Source: Ancylonema sp.
Taxonomy: Eukaryota
Assembly: GCA_050230475.1 (NCBI GenBank)
Contig: JBFLGF010000144.1
Location: forward strand, 1-59,310
DNA: 59,310 bases
Direction of reading: 5' to 3'
Part shown: positions 41,955 to 55,227 of the stretch, piece by piece
How positions within the stretch are numbered: the first letter of the stretch is position 1
How the letters are laid out: each line of letters opens with the position of its first letter
The notes under the pieces: generated by a model
Database searches by the model: none
What the model was told of the DNA's origin: nothing
Seen by the model: the letters and a program-made list of their open reading frames with translations, nothing else
Program-made: the position numbers and the translations under genes

Positions 41955-42209
41955 CGCTACGCCCTGGCCAGCTGACAGAGGGGCACAATTCACGCCATAA
42001 GTAACACCCTAAGAGACGTTACGTCACTGTTCAGCTTCTGGTGCAAAAAAGAACGGAACTTCGAATAACTTTGTCACAGAAATTTGTCTCAGAGCAGGAT
42101 TGTGCAGCGCAGCGTGATCTCTTACACAGCGTAGAAGTTGGCGAGGGCCCGGGTGAAGGAAGTTAAAATTTGCTCACATCTGAATCAATTTCTTTACACA
42201 TGCGTAAGC

Positions 42210-45200
42210 ATGTACTCGCTGTCTGATGCGAATACTATGTCAATATTTTGTAACCGGCCAATAAATCTCCCCCATGACTGCAGTTGGCGAGCAATTCAAC
42301 CTCGCCGACATAGTTTCTCCTTGTACCTAGATCGTAGTACACGTCAGGAATCCAAGGCATCCTGCCAAATTGGCAACCGAGTCCTCCAAAAAAGGCCGTA
42401 CAGGTCGTGCGTCACCTGCATGGCGCAACCGGTTGGCACGCCCCCTCAAGATCCTGCACCTTCTGTTGCGGCTGGCAAGCGGACCCCAGCCGCATCTTCC
42501 GCTGTGATCGTCGGCGGTGGCATCGGGGGATTGATCCTGGCCGTCGCTCTGCGCCAGATTGGAGTTGACGCACAGGTGACGAGAATATCAGTGAAACTTA
42601 TAACGTTTCCTAATAAGCGATCTACATAGTTTGGATCTTATCGGAACGGCATGAGAGACTCATAGAATTTCCCTGTCTTGATGTTTTATCGAATATCAGA
42701 TTGCAAGAGGTTTGCCAGTCAGGTGTCGTTATTTCCTTGTCTAAAAAACCGTTTGATTTCATCTGTGGGGGGGCTCATCGCTCAGTTTCACTCATTTCTC
42801 AAAGTCGTCGCTCACAGTTTTTGAGGTGCGGTAGGAACAGATTCAAATTAAGAATGAAAACAGAAAAGGAACATGGAGTCATCACCCATGGGAAGCATTA
42901 AAACGTCCTCCATTAAGACGTTTGGTGAGAGTAGCATTCTTGGCGACAAGGACGATAATGATATCAACAAAAACATTTACAACTATTCTAAGAATAGATG
43001 CAAATAATAAAACTTTATTAAATATACAGAATTTCATGTATTATCATCACTATCATACTCATCATGCTAAAAAACAGAATGGTAACAAAATACATTATTG
43101 ATGATGTGTTTATTAAATAAAATGATAATATCAGATGAATATATTCATACCAATGGAGTAGAAATGAAAAAAAATATAAAAGTCCTATTACAAGCACTAC
43201 TTGTATCTACATTTTCATAATTTAAATTTGTCAAAAAAATAAAGGTATAATGTCACAGTTATACGATTGTACAGTAAACGATTATAAAAGATCGATTACC
43301 TTAATATTTTTCAAATCCTTAATATTTTTAATGTTAAGGATAAATATTTATCAGGAGGATTGATGAGTTAATTTTAATGAGACAATAACACGTATGAAGA
43401 CATCAATATCATCAACAAAAGTGATGACAGTATCATCAAAAACAACAATGGTAATACTGGGTTCACAAACTGTACTTACATATAATGTATATATACATAA
43501 CTAAACACATAAACAAATTCTAAGTACATACATACATACTCACATGAAATGTACATGTACTCATAGCATACATACAGCCTCACAATTGCCCTGCCTTTAC
43601 CTTCTCCCCTTCCCTCCTTCTGTTCTCTCTCAGGTCTACGAGAAGGCGGAAGCTCGTGACGTGACAAGTGGCACTCTCATCTCGCTAGCGCCAAACGGCC
43701 TCAAGGCATTGGCTGCCATCGACCCGAGAATTCCCAAACGGGTAGGTGGGGCCCACCGCCCCCGTTAACCGTTCGTTCCCCCCCGATTCAACCGTACCCG
43801 TATCCTCCCCACCACTCTATGTTGGCTATAAATAACATTACTCGTTCGTATGATAACCGTACCCATATCCTCCCAACGACTCTTATGTGTTCTCCCAATA
43901 ACCGTACCCGTTCTTGTGATAACCGTGTGCAGATATTCGAAAACGGTGCCCCCCTGAAGGAGACCAAAGTCCGTACCCGTGAGGGGGTGGTGATGACCGC
44001 CACGAAGTCTGACGTGGCGCGGAACGGGTATCCTGTAGTCTGCATTCGCTGGTCTAAAATCCTTGAAACCTTTCGAGAGTTCCTGCCGGATACCTGCCAG
44101 CACAGCGGGTACTCGTTCACGGGGCAGATCCGCCAGGTATGGGGCGGGGGTGGCAAATCGGTTAATCCGGTTAACCGGTTATCAGAATGGGAGGGTAGCC
44201 TGGTGGGGGTGGGCTGGAGTGGACGGGGGGGGGGAGGGGGAGGGAGGGGGAGGGATGGGACGGAGGGAGGGAAGGGGGAGGAGGGGGGGAGGGATGGTGT
44301 GGATGGGGTCTGGGGTGGGGGTAGAGGTGTGGGTGCGGGTGGGGTGGAGGGAAGTTTGTTTTTTTGTCTTCCTGTCTTTTTCTTTCAGAGGGGAGGGAGT
44401 TTTGGCAGGTATGCGATCTGGATTGCCGTCCCCAGTCCCCAGTCCCCAGTCCCCAGTGTTGACAGGTCTGCATCAGGAACGAGTGAGGCTCATTCTGTTC
44501 CTCTTCTTTTTTTTGTTTCCTCGGGTGCAGTTGGAGGGTGGTGACGTGGCAGTCGTGTTTGACAAAGAGGGGGAAGAGGTGGTCGTGGAGGTGAGTAAGA
44601 CAACAGAAGGGGAAGCTACAAAAAGGTGTTGTAGTAGAAGGAGCTTTATGGACCGAGGCCGTCCGGTTGCACTTCCGAAGTAAGCTCCTCATCTGTGATC
44701 TGTGATCTGTGATCTGTGATCTGTGATCTGTGATCTGTGATCTGTGATCTGTGATCTGTGATCTGTGATCTGTGATTGGTTCAGAGCCCGTTGGTGGTTG
44801 GTTTCGATGGAATCCACTCCCTCGTCCGAACGCACGTGATTGGCCGAGAGGTCCCCCCCAGAGACATGGAGAGGATGGCGTGGAGGGCGGTGGTGCCGCG
44901 AAACTTCTACGAACATGAGGTGAGGGGAACCCATCCTACAGGCACTCGGGACAACAGGCACACCCGAATGTTAGGATGCGCAACCCCGAATCCGATACGT
45001 GAACCTGATACTGAAGTGAAATAATGCGACATGGAATCCGCCATCGAATCCGCAACTGAAGTATATACCGAACCCAGTACGGATCCGAATGTGAGCCGGA
45101 TACGATTCCGAATCCGATACGGAATCCGAGTCCCTTTGTGTCAGATGAACGCGCCAGGTGTCGCCACCATGGCCTTCTCCGGCGGCCGCACCTTCTTTTT

Positions 45201-46349
45201 GGCGGACCCAGGGATGGACAGCACCTACGTGTGCGTCACGTGTACGGACGAGGCCAGTGGGGGCGCGACACGTCATTTGTCCAAGGATGCTGACGAGGCG
45301 AAGCGGAGGATGGTGAAGCAGATGGGGGAGTGGAAGGAGTACCTTCCCATTCTAAAAGTGAAGATGCTTTTTTTATGGGAATGGATTGTTGGGGGGGAAG
45401 GGGTGGGGCGGCCTCATGGACCTCTGTCTGTTTTTTTCTCCTGGGGGGTGGGTGGGGAGCAGCGTCTGGACGCGGAATCGATTGTGGAGCGTCGGATTCA
45501 GGATCTTCCCCCGCTGCCCACATGGCACAGGGGCAGGGTGGTCATCATGGGGGGTGAGGGAGGGGACCCCGGTTTCGGTTTCGGTTTCGGTTTCGGTTTC
45601 GGTTTCGGTCCCACTCTCCTTAAAAAAGAAGAAGAAGAAGAAAAAAAAAAAACGGTGGTGGTGACGTGGCGTTGGTTGTGTGACGTGTCAGATGCCGCCC
45701 ATGCCATGCCTCCTGCCATTGGTCAGGGCGCAAACACGGCCATCGAGGACAGCCTGGAGCTTGCCAGACAGATTGCACAACACCATTCGATAGAGTGAGT
45801 GGAAAAGGAAAGATGAGGCGAGGAGAATGGATTCTGGAATGGACGATGTTGGTGATAGCAACACTATATTGAGTAGCGCAGATGGAAGCTACATTGTACC
45901 TTAGTGTGTAGGAATGGAAGACAGGGAGGACGGATGGAATGGATTCTGCATTTGTGATTCGAGTTTGAAGAGGGTGTTTTTTTTTTTTTTTTTTTTTTTT
46001 TCCCCTGAGTCTTCCTTTGTGCAATGCAATATATGAATGCGGAAGAGGAGGAAATAAAATGTCGAGGGGAAGAAAGAAGTGACGTTTCCGTTTTTGTTCA
46101 CTGACCAGGCAAGCCTTGGAGGAATTTGAGAAGTTGCAAATGCCTCGAGTGGCGGGGATCGTGGACAAGAACAACACCATGGTGGCAATCGCGTATAGGA
46201 AGCCGCAGGCGGAGGAGGGGGAGGGGGGTGGGGGGGGTCAATTTTCGGTCAACACACCAAAAAGCGGGACTAGACCCACTAGCATGGCTGACATTCCCGT
46301 AAATTCTATCTATGACTACGAGCGATTGACGCAACCCCTTGTACAATGA
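42210..46349 (+). CDS. FAD-dependent monooxygenase (group A, salicylate hydroxylase/ZEP-like fold), probably plastid-targeted. Exons 42210-42575, 43634-43741, 43933-44136, 44531-44590, 44785-44919, 45145-45357, 45463-45553, 45692-45794, 46109-46349
   Basis: GxGxxG (IVGGGIGGL), DG motif (LVVGFDGIHSLVR) and GD motif (VVIMGDAAHAMPPAIGQGANTAIED). Splice phases are consistent. Confidence 0.92.
44691..44776. repeat. (GATCTGT)n heptamer array, ~12 units, directly upstream of a splice acceptor
   Basis: Directly visible; the acceptor AG is at 44783-44784. Confidence 0.95.
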
Positions 46350-49168
46350 CAATGAACATTTATTTATAAAGTGATTAAATAGATGAGTTGTTGTTTGGAC
46401 GTGTTGGAAGGGGGTAGGTCTGTAATGTATAATTTCTAATGACTTGCAGTGTTTCTTCAGTGAATTGTTTGTTTTCGGTTTTATTGGGTCTTCTAGGATG
46501 ATAGAGCTGTAGAATTTGCTTTTATGAACAAATAGTCGATAGCGATATCGTTATTTTAAAGTTTCGGTATGATAGCATTGACAGTCAATGCTTGAGCGAG
46601 CAAGTGCATATGTTTGGCCTCTAACAATATTGAGTGGGCAAGTAAATATGACTAGCAGTGTTGTTCGTTTCATGAAAAAAAAAGTATTTTAAAGTGGCCG
46701 ATATATGACGTCATTACAATGTGATGTTTGGTTACTACATGATAAATGAGTACTATTACAGTAACCCTCGAGAGTGTTACTCATTCACACTCTCGTTATA
46801 GTAACCTAGAGGTATCGCGTTCTTATTATTTACAGAAGTTACATTCATACACTTTAGTAACATGCGATGTATTGAACGAAAAACACGTGATGTAACTACT
46901 GGAGAGTCACATTATAAAATAAAAGTTGTGTTTGACTCGTGTCATACGTCAATATTTATTTATTTATTTATTAAACAGCTAAATAAAGGGGGAAAACTTT
47001 CTCGAGAAATCGATATTTGTCCACCTATTGGACCCTTCCAGACCTTGGTGTCGCCGGCCTACGCGTAGAAAACATGCAACCGTCTACACGTGCTAATCCG
47101 TACGGATTAGTACAATTGTTCTCTCGTTAGAACAACTTTTTCTGATAATTGTGACTATTCGGTACATTCACTATATTGTAACAACTCGCACGTGTTTCCG
47201 CTGCTTTAAAGCGGTCTTTAGCACCTACTATACATGCTAGGACACTGCAATCGAATGAAGGTAAGGTACTTTTTGGCCCGTCCCTCTCCGGACGCGTCGA
47301 TTACGGCCGCGGAGTTACGTTTTAGTTTTTTGTTTTTTTTTTCGTTTTTTGTTTTGTTTTGGGTAAGTTAGGTTTCAGGGTTTTTCGTTGTACACTCAGA
47401 ACCCAATATAAGAAACATCGATACAAGAAGCTCCTTGCAAAAAAGTTTTTTTCCCCTTATTTTTTCCCCCCTGCTAAAACTCCACCGATATACTCCCATA
47501 TAAGGAAAAAAAAATCGATCTGTATCATTACATGTTTCTTATCTGTATTTAAACCCCTATATATGAAAATTTCTTTGATAAGTATTCTTTGTCAATTAAT
47601 ACTTCGTTTGTTAATTTCCTCACATACATTCTCGCAAACGCCTGTTATTTACACGTAGAATGAGAATTCAAAATATTATCACGAAAGCTTCTTAGGTCCT
47701 GTGATTCGAGTATTCCATGTCCACATGTACAAAGAATAATATCGCACGCTCAAAGATTTAACGACATGGGTCCACGTGTCCAAACCTCGTTACAAGAACC
47801 ATCTTCTCGAGGTCTCCCACATAAAGTTTCGTATACACAGCATAAGAAATAGGGAAAACTTAACAGCATGCAGTTTTCCTTAACAGCACGCAGACGTCAA
47901 ATCGGGTACCGGCTGGCGGTCTGGCCGTTCGAAACTTGCCGTCAAATTACCCGGGGGGAAACCTTCACAGCACGCAGTTTTCCTTGTTGGCATGCAGTCT
48001 TCAAATGGACCGGTATCCCAATTCCATGCCTTCCGCCTGCTATAATCGTCTGCTGCACGACGCTGCAGGTCTCTTTCCCTATCTCCCCTGAATCGTGCGC
48101 TCTCCAGTCCGCATGTCGCATGTCATTGCGCGCTCATCGCCTCTCGGCGTTATTTGGAAATCACAACTTTCATGGTGAGCATCCAATTACCGCCTGACAG
48201 TTTTGCTTTATTGATTTATATGTGATGTTTCACCGTCTGGTGGACGTGTGAGGATCAGTAGTCCTGATTTCAATTTCCTGGTGGATTTGCGCAGATGATT
48301 GGTAATCGTTTTCTGGCCCCGTGGCTGTGTCTCTCCTAAACCGTGCGGCCTTCATTCCGTTGCCACTGCCACGATTCTAAGCGTCATCAGAGATTCACAA
48401 TTGTCATGGTGAGTAATCTATTGCCGGTCTAAAGTACACTGCTATTACCCTGTGGTGGACGTATGACTCAAACTATTGGTGGAGTTGCGCTGATGATAGC
48501 GGATTACCGAATTGTGCTGTGATTCTGTACCGCTTTCTCCCCCCCCCCCCCCCTGGACTAGTGCGCCCATCATTTCGCATGCCAGTTCCACAATTCTTGG
48601 AGTATTATCACATACATAAATGTCATGGTTAGCATTCAAATATCGCCTTAAAGTTCGCTGTGAGTTTTGTGCAATTGATGTTCTATCCTGTGGTGCTTAT
48701 GTGAGCATCATGACCTACAATTCAGTGTGTTGGTGGAGTGACGCAGGTGATAGTTAATCGTGAAGTCGCTCCGAAACTCACTATATCCCCCTGAATTGTG
48801 GGCCTTTCGGTTCCGCATTCCACCTCCATGATACTTGGCGTCATCTGAGATTCACAATTGTCATGGTATAGGCTCGAACCGTCCTGTTTTGTCATGCTCT
48901 ACTTTTATCCGAGAGATGTGATGATCACGTTGATTTGAAATTGTGATGCAATTAAGGAGATGGTGAGGCAACTACATGTCATTAATATCATAGCATGTAG
49001 GGTCGCTCTACATTCAGATTCATTTTACCACCTTCTTGATTTTATTTTATTATTTTCATTATAAGATGGTGTACCTATTGTAATCCCTTTTTGTGAAGTA
49101 CACCTATTTTCCATAGTAAAAAACTGTTCAACTCTCTCTATACTCCTTACATGTCATTCCCTATAGGC

Positions 49169-50059
49169 TTGCCTCAAACCACCAGAGGATGTGGTGTATG
49201 AATCTCGAAAACTTCTGCACGTGGAATGCAGAAACATGCGTTCACCCAGGGATACGCGATCACCACATTGTATTCGCACCCATCCAGCATTGTCTTCCGA
49301 AGTGACCGAGGTGGTGCTAAAAGATTGACCCCTCTAGGTTGACCCCTCAAACGTGACCCCTCTGGGTCCGAGTACCATGAAGAGCCCCCAAAGAAAAAAC
49401 TGCGGTGTTCAACTTGTGGGGAGTGCGGACACAATCGTCTCAAGTGTCCAAAAGTGGTAAGGTTTTACAATAGAATTAATAATTATACTTTTAGGGGGGT
49501 GACTCAATTAAATCGCTTGGAAATTACTTTTGGGTTTGACTTCATTGAATTGTGATCAATCATAATAATTAATGTTAACTTCGTATACGTTTGTATTGTG
49601 TGAAGATGGAACCCGGACCATGCCAACGCGGACCCGGCCAAGTGGTGCGGAAGTTCCACGACAGGTGGTGCAGATTTGAAGAACCTACGGCCAAGCTCTA
49701 CCTCTAGGCGTGTTGCTGAGGAGTACAAGGAATGTTCAGTCGGATGGAAATTGTGGATTGAGGGCTCTCGCGTTGGCAGTTAGAGGACACGAAGACGAGT
49801 GGGTCCATGTTCGGAAAAACATGACACTTCATTCGAGTGAGAACGCGTATTTATTCGGGGAACTTTTCCAAACAGAGTTCGACTCGATATTTGAAGCGGT
49901 GGAGTGCATAGACATCCCGGTCCCGTTGTCCACTTGGATCCGCAATGGCTAGGTGTGATGTGTGGTCGGCGGAGTAGCCGACCCGGCCTAGAACACATAC
50001 ATGACCTCATCAAAGACGGTTTGATGGCTTGGAACGATATGTTCAACATGATTGAATAG
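49169..50059 (+). pseudogene. Degenerate MULE transposase remnant: N-terminal DNA-binding segment fused to a C-terminal Zn knuckle and an OTU-like protease; DDE core absent
   Basis: LKPPEDVVYESRKLL/QKHAFTQGYAIT...VFRSDRGG, then KRDPSGSEY, CSTCGECGHNRLKC and, after an intron, NVQSDGNCGLRALA...W..VR. Contains frameshifts and stops. Confidence 0.7.
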
Positions 50060-50434
50060 GAGCAAGCGTCGATGTTGAGAGTAAGAGGTCAAATCGTACG
50101 TATATGAGAGTGGAATGCACCCTTTATTTGTTTAATGGAAATGAAGTTTGGGGTCATTGAATGCGATTTGAATTATAACTTCATATTCACTTGATACAAT
50201 AACTCATCTCATCAATACACCTCGCCATTTGTTGTATATTGTTCAACACATGAATGAATTGATATTTGGTTAACATTCAAGCATTGAGTTCCATGGCATA
50301 ATACTAATCACAATCGATGTTTCTCGCAAACTCTCGACGTTAAAATATGATTCACTAATAGACTTGCAACTAAAGTTTCGCCCGTAAAGGACAACTATGA
50401 TTGTAGTACATATCACATCATGAATATCACTCAA

Positions 50435-50820
50435 CTATCCAACGTGAAATATAGCCTTCCATGCTATCAAAGATTCTTCGATAAGGTCATAAACACGAGT
50501 AAGATCAGGTCGACTACCACGCTGACGACACATTACACCTAGCAAATTATAGCCTGGTTGGCTCTTTATATAAATTCACCATCTTACATACGGACTCGAA
50601 CTCCGTTTCGAACAAGTCCCGAAATAAAGACTCGATGTCCCTAAGGTGTAGCGTCATGCTCTCGCGAACAACCTTCCAGTTGTCTTCACTACCCGTCGTT
50701 GCTGGCGAGAGCGCCCGAAATCCACAATGTCCGTCAGGATTGACATCCCTAGGTGCATTAACAAGTGTACCCAATGGTAGAGCGGCTCCATGATATCCCA
50801 GAATCTGCGCCATGCGGTAA
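50435..50820 (-). pseudogene. Second OTU-like protease cassette, convergent with the first
   Basis: ALPLGTLVNAPRDVNPDGHCGFRALS...WKVVRESMTLH...LFETEFES is a clear paralog of 49690-50059. Confidence 0.72.
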
Positions 50821-51049
50821 GTCATTAACATGCTTGAACATATGCAAAATTTGTACAAGGGGATAATCGACATCACATTACTTTTTGCATACAAAAGGAT
50901 GTTGCCTCCTTCCCCAAAAAAAAAAAAAAAAAAAAAAACATGCATAATAAACGTGCATGTTTAAATTTCCCCTTACCTACAAAAAAATCCTAAACATGTA
51001 AGAAATAACATAAATTTGACGTCGTGTATACTTATGTGTGGATAATAGC

Positions 51050-52164
51050 CATGGTTGCACGGACCGGCAACATTGGATTTTCGGACCGCGGTCGGACCGG
51101 GTCCCGAGTCGGGACCCGGTCGGACCGGGGACCTTTTAGGGTTATTTTGCATGGCAATTTTTTCTCGGGGAAAAAGGACGTGGGGCTTCATTTTTTTTCC
51201 TGAACCTCACAGGTGTGATATACATGTGTCATTTGTGGATTGCGAAGTTGTAGCAAAATTAAAAAATTAAATAAAATAAAACAGCATGTCCAAATCCAAC
51301 CGTCCATTGATTGAGATGGAAAAAAATCAAAATTGACAAAATGGCTGAAATTTTGGTGTAAGTTGGTACTTGGAAGTGTGTTATTCGGAGTGAGGAAATC
51401 TTTTTGGGGAGTGACAAATGAGGAGTGGGAAATGGGGAGAGGGGGGTTATTTAAGGTGTTGTAGACATTGAAGAGTGTTAAGGTGTAAAAACAGAACAAA
51501 ATTTGCGGGTGTAGAAAGTAATGTTTTTTTTTCCGTTTCATAGAAGTATGGAGTTGTAGGCAAGGATAGATTTTGAGAAGGTAAGTAAATTACAGCTAGG
51601 GAAATTACTCATTTATTTATGAAGGATAGGAAAGTGAGAAGTGAGAAATGTATTTGTAAGGTGGATAGAAGTTTGAGTACAAGGTTGTGAGCGTGGAAAA
51701 AAAAATCAGGATGATTTTTGATATGGGTGATTCTAGTTTTAATTAATTTCATGATACGGTGACCCTTCATCAAATTTTTTTGAGCCTCACATGAGCAACA
51801 TTTCAGAATTACGTTGTAACGTATGAAAAATGAAAAAATATGGAGTACTTATAACCATTTCAAATTAACTACAACATTTTCCCAAGTGATATCTTTCGAA
51901 AGTGGTGAAAAACGCTATCTAAAATGATGCATTGTAGGTTTTAATTACTTATTTGATAGGTCTAACCATTTTTTCACATTTTCATAAGATTTGAAGTAGA
52001 ATGTTACTCGCGAAAATAATACTTCCGGAGTTTTTTCTCCACGGAAAACCCACCAAAAACCGATATTACCCTAAACAGCCGGTCCGGATTTTTGACCCAA
52101 AAGGACGGACCTCGGTCCTGAGTCGGGACCTCGGGACCCCGGTCCGCCGGTCCGTGCAATTATG
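51050..52164 (+). mobile_element. hAT-type MITE, 1115 bp, nested inside the MULE
   Basis: TIR CATGGTTGCACGGACCGGC...GCCGGTCCGTGCAATTATG. Perfect 8-bp TSD ATAATAGC (51042-51049 and 52165-52172). Confidence 0.92.
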
Positions 52165-53657
52165 ATAATAGCCACTAATAATAGCGGAAATAATGTGAAA
52201 AAAATAATAATGTGAAAATATGATTGGACATGGTCCACGAGAGCGGGGGGAAAAAATAAAAATAAAATAAAAAACAACACATTGGCATTCATGAGTAAAG
52301 AAGGATAAGATACTGCTTTCGAATGTTTTGGACCGGCATTTTTGCATTCATCATATTGTTCAATAGAGGACCCAAATAAAAAAGGGAGACAAGGGGCGCA
52401 CCATGATAACGAGTTTTTCTCGCGGTGAGAAACTCCGTATGGCACGACGCACAATCAGCAAGCGATCACTCGCATTTGCGCGAAGATACTGCCTGCATTG
52501 GTACCAAGCATTGTATGGCCAATGAGAAGACAAGGAGGTAAAACGGTGAAACAACAACCCTTTTCGGATTACACATCATGATACAACACTAGTTCGAGGT
52601 GTCTAGAATCAGGGAACACGAAATATTGAAATAAATACAAATGTTGTTCAGGGAATGGAATAGAGCGAATGGAATCGAGCGTACCCAAGTGACGCTCACT
52701 CCGGGAGAGCGATCTTCGAACATATCCTCCGACGACGCTGACCCGTGTCACACACTCACAAGCTGAATTCTTGCTGTCGTTACGACATAAATATCAAGTG
52801 GAAGCCCAACAGGTTGCGAGTTGCTCGTCGTCAAAGCAGCTCTGTGCAGCAGCAGCAGCAGCAGACTGCGTAAGCGCAGGCAGTGGGGTTAAAATAAACG
52901 CGATAATACGAACGGGATCGGGATCCCGGTTCATTTTACGACTGCATGCCAAAAAGGGAAACTGCATGCTGTGAAGGTTTCCCCCCGGGTAATTTGACGG
53001 CATAAGAAATATTCGCCATTAGAAACATTTCCCCGATAATTTATTATATCGGGAATTACTACCGGTATATCGAGGTGGGACTGCACTGAATCGAGTTGTC
53101 GACCGAACTTTCGAATCTTCAGATTCCGGTTCGGTGTACCAGCCCGCGTTTCGGAATAACGAGCAACTCGGCACAAGTGAATAAAACGGTGACGATTTTG
53201 TGACCGCCAGTTTCACATTCCGTGGCCACAGATTTCTGTCAGAATTGCCATATCGATAGTCCTGCCAAAATTTCCGAAACGCTCTGGCCGGCGCGTTCCG
53301 CGGAAAACGCGCGTTGACGTACAGGTGTCCCCGAAGATACCCCAGCGTCGCTTGGCGCCCAGTTAGCATTGGTCGACTATTCCACAGTCACACATGACTG
53401 CTTGATTCCAAGTCGCACTCTGAAGCTACGCATATCCTAGTCCGAGTATCCGGAGGCGGCCCATACTTCATGCATAACCGGGCGGGCAAGTAGAGTAAAA
53501 AAAGCAGCCGATGCTGGCAGGTGCGCCACCATCTTTTCATGCCACTTCTGTTAACCTTCTGTTAGGCCTGGTAGCAAAACCGTAGCCCCATTGACATCGT
53601 AGTCTGCGACATCACCGTAATTGGCAGAAGAAGCACAAAAATATAGGATAGGCAGAA

Positions 53658-55196
53658 ATGGGGGATGTTGGCAACAAGAGGCCCCAGCCCCTTCGCACAT
53701 CCTCCGGACGCAAATTGGGGCTCTTAAAACACCAGCTCCACCTGGTGAAGAGAAAGACCCCAACCGGCAAAGAGCGGTACGAAATAGAGCAAGTCGACGA
53801 AACCCTCTCTTTCGACAAGGGGTTCTTTCTTTTCATACGAGCCATCCAGCTCTTGAAGCAGGTAAGTGCGCGCGCGCGCGCGCGCGATGGAAATGGTGAC
53901 GGCTTTCCGGTCGTCCGTTCTGTTTGAACCTGTCGTTGAGAAGGGAGTGTTGATGTCAATGTGCTAATTCCACAAGAGTGGAGGATATCTGCATGGAGAG
54001 GTTGACAAGAAGCCACTCATAGCAATTTTGAGAGTATTAATGGCCTGTCACAGGCGTCGAAGGCAGGTAGGGGCGGAAGCATGGTAAAAGCGATAGTGTG
54101 CGTCACCTTTCTCTGTCGCAGTAGGAGATCCGGGTACCGCTTTCGGGTATCCTCGCATTGTCCGGGATCGACCTCTTTCCATTCTTCGAAGCGATGAAAG
54201 CGATGTCGTCACCAGTCCGATAAATCAGCTTTGGTTCGGGTTCAAAAGAAACGGTCGACTGATCAGATCCGGTCCCTGGTGTCCCTGGTTTCCCTGGTTT
54301 CAGGAGAATGAGGGCGTGATCCTGGTGGGACTCGCGGGTCCCTCTGGTGCCGGGAAAACTGTTTTCAGCGAAAAAATCTCCAACTTCATGCCTGACGTGT
54401 GCGTCATCTCGATGGACAACTACAACGACGCCTCTCGAGTCATCGACGGAAACTACGACGGTGAGAGGCCGATCCCGTCCGACACGTGGCACGTACACAC
54501 GCATGCTGACGTCATCATTGTTGGGAAACCGTCAGAGGATGACACGCTGATGATTTCGCTGTATGTACTTTTCGTTTGATCCGATTTCCGATCCCGTTCC
54601 GGCCTTTCCCCGCCCTTCCCGCCCCCCCCCCCAGACCCCCGCCTGACGGACTACGACACTTTGCTGGAGAACATCAACGGGCTCATCGCGGGACGGGCGG
54701 TGGACGTGCCCATCTACGACTTCAAGAGCAGCACGCGAACGGGGGTCCGGTACACACCACCTCTCTTCCATCGGATATGTCACAGGGGGAGGGGGGAGGG
54801 GAGTGGTGCTGAGGCGTGCCGAAAAGGAGAAGAAGAAAAGATGAAAATAGAGAAGGAGAAGAAGAAGATGGAAATGGAGAAGGAGAACGAGTACCGCTCA
54901 ACTGCTGCACTGAAACTTTCGGTATTGAGGTCTAGTGGCGTTGGGTTTGGGGTTGTGGTTGGGTCCCCAGCCGCGTGGAGGTCCCCGCCTCCCGCATCCT
55001 CGTGATCGAGGGCATCTACGCCCTCAGCGAGCGCCTTCGCCCCCTGCTTGACCTGCGAGTCTCCATCACAGGGGGTGTGCACTTTGACCTTGTGAAACGC
55101 GTGCTGAGGGACATCAACCGTTCTGGGCAGGAGCCGGAGGACATCATTCACCAGATCTCGGAAACGGTGGGGGGGGGGGGGGATCTCGTTTTTCTT

Positions 55197-55227
<31 letters not shown>

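Larger units (their letters stand above)
47852..53002. mobile_element. Mutator-like (MULE) non-autonomous element, ~5.15 kb
   Basis: ~89-bp inverted repeats at 47937-48025 and 52914-53002, plus an extra partial TIR copy at 47852-47900. Flanking direct repeat (GCA)TAAGAAATA at 47840-47851 and 53000-53011, consistent with a 9-bp TSD. Internal transposase and OTU remnants. Confidence 0.78.

Noticed and set aside
42900..43480. Very AT-rich island in monooxygenase intron 1 (organelle insertion or TE?)
   Set aside because: No ORF, termini or recognisable organellar sequence.
47370..47560. Weak inverted repeat (ATAAGAAACAT...ATGTTTCTTAT)
   Set aside because: Too degenerate to define ends or a TSD; at most an old MITE remnant.
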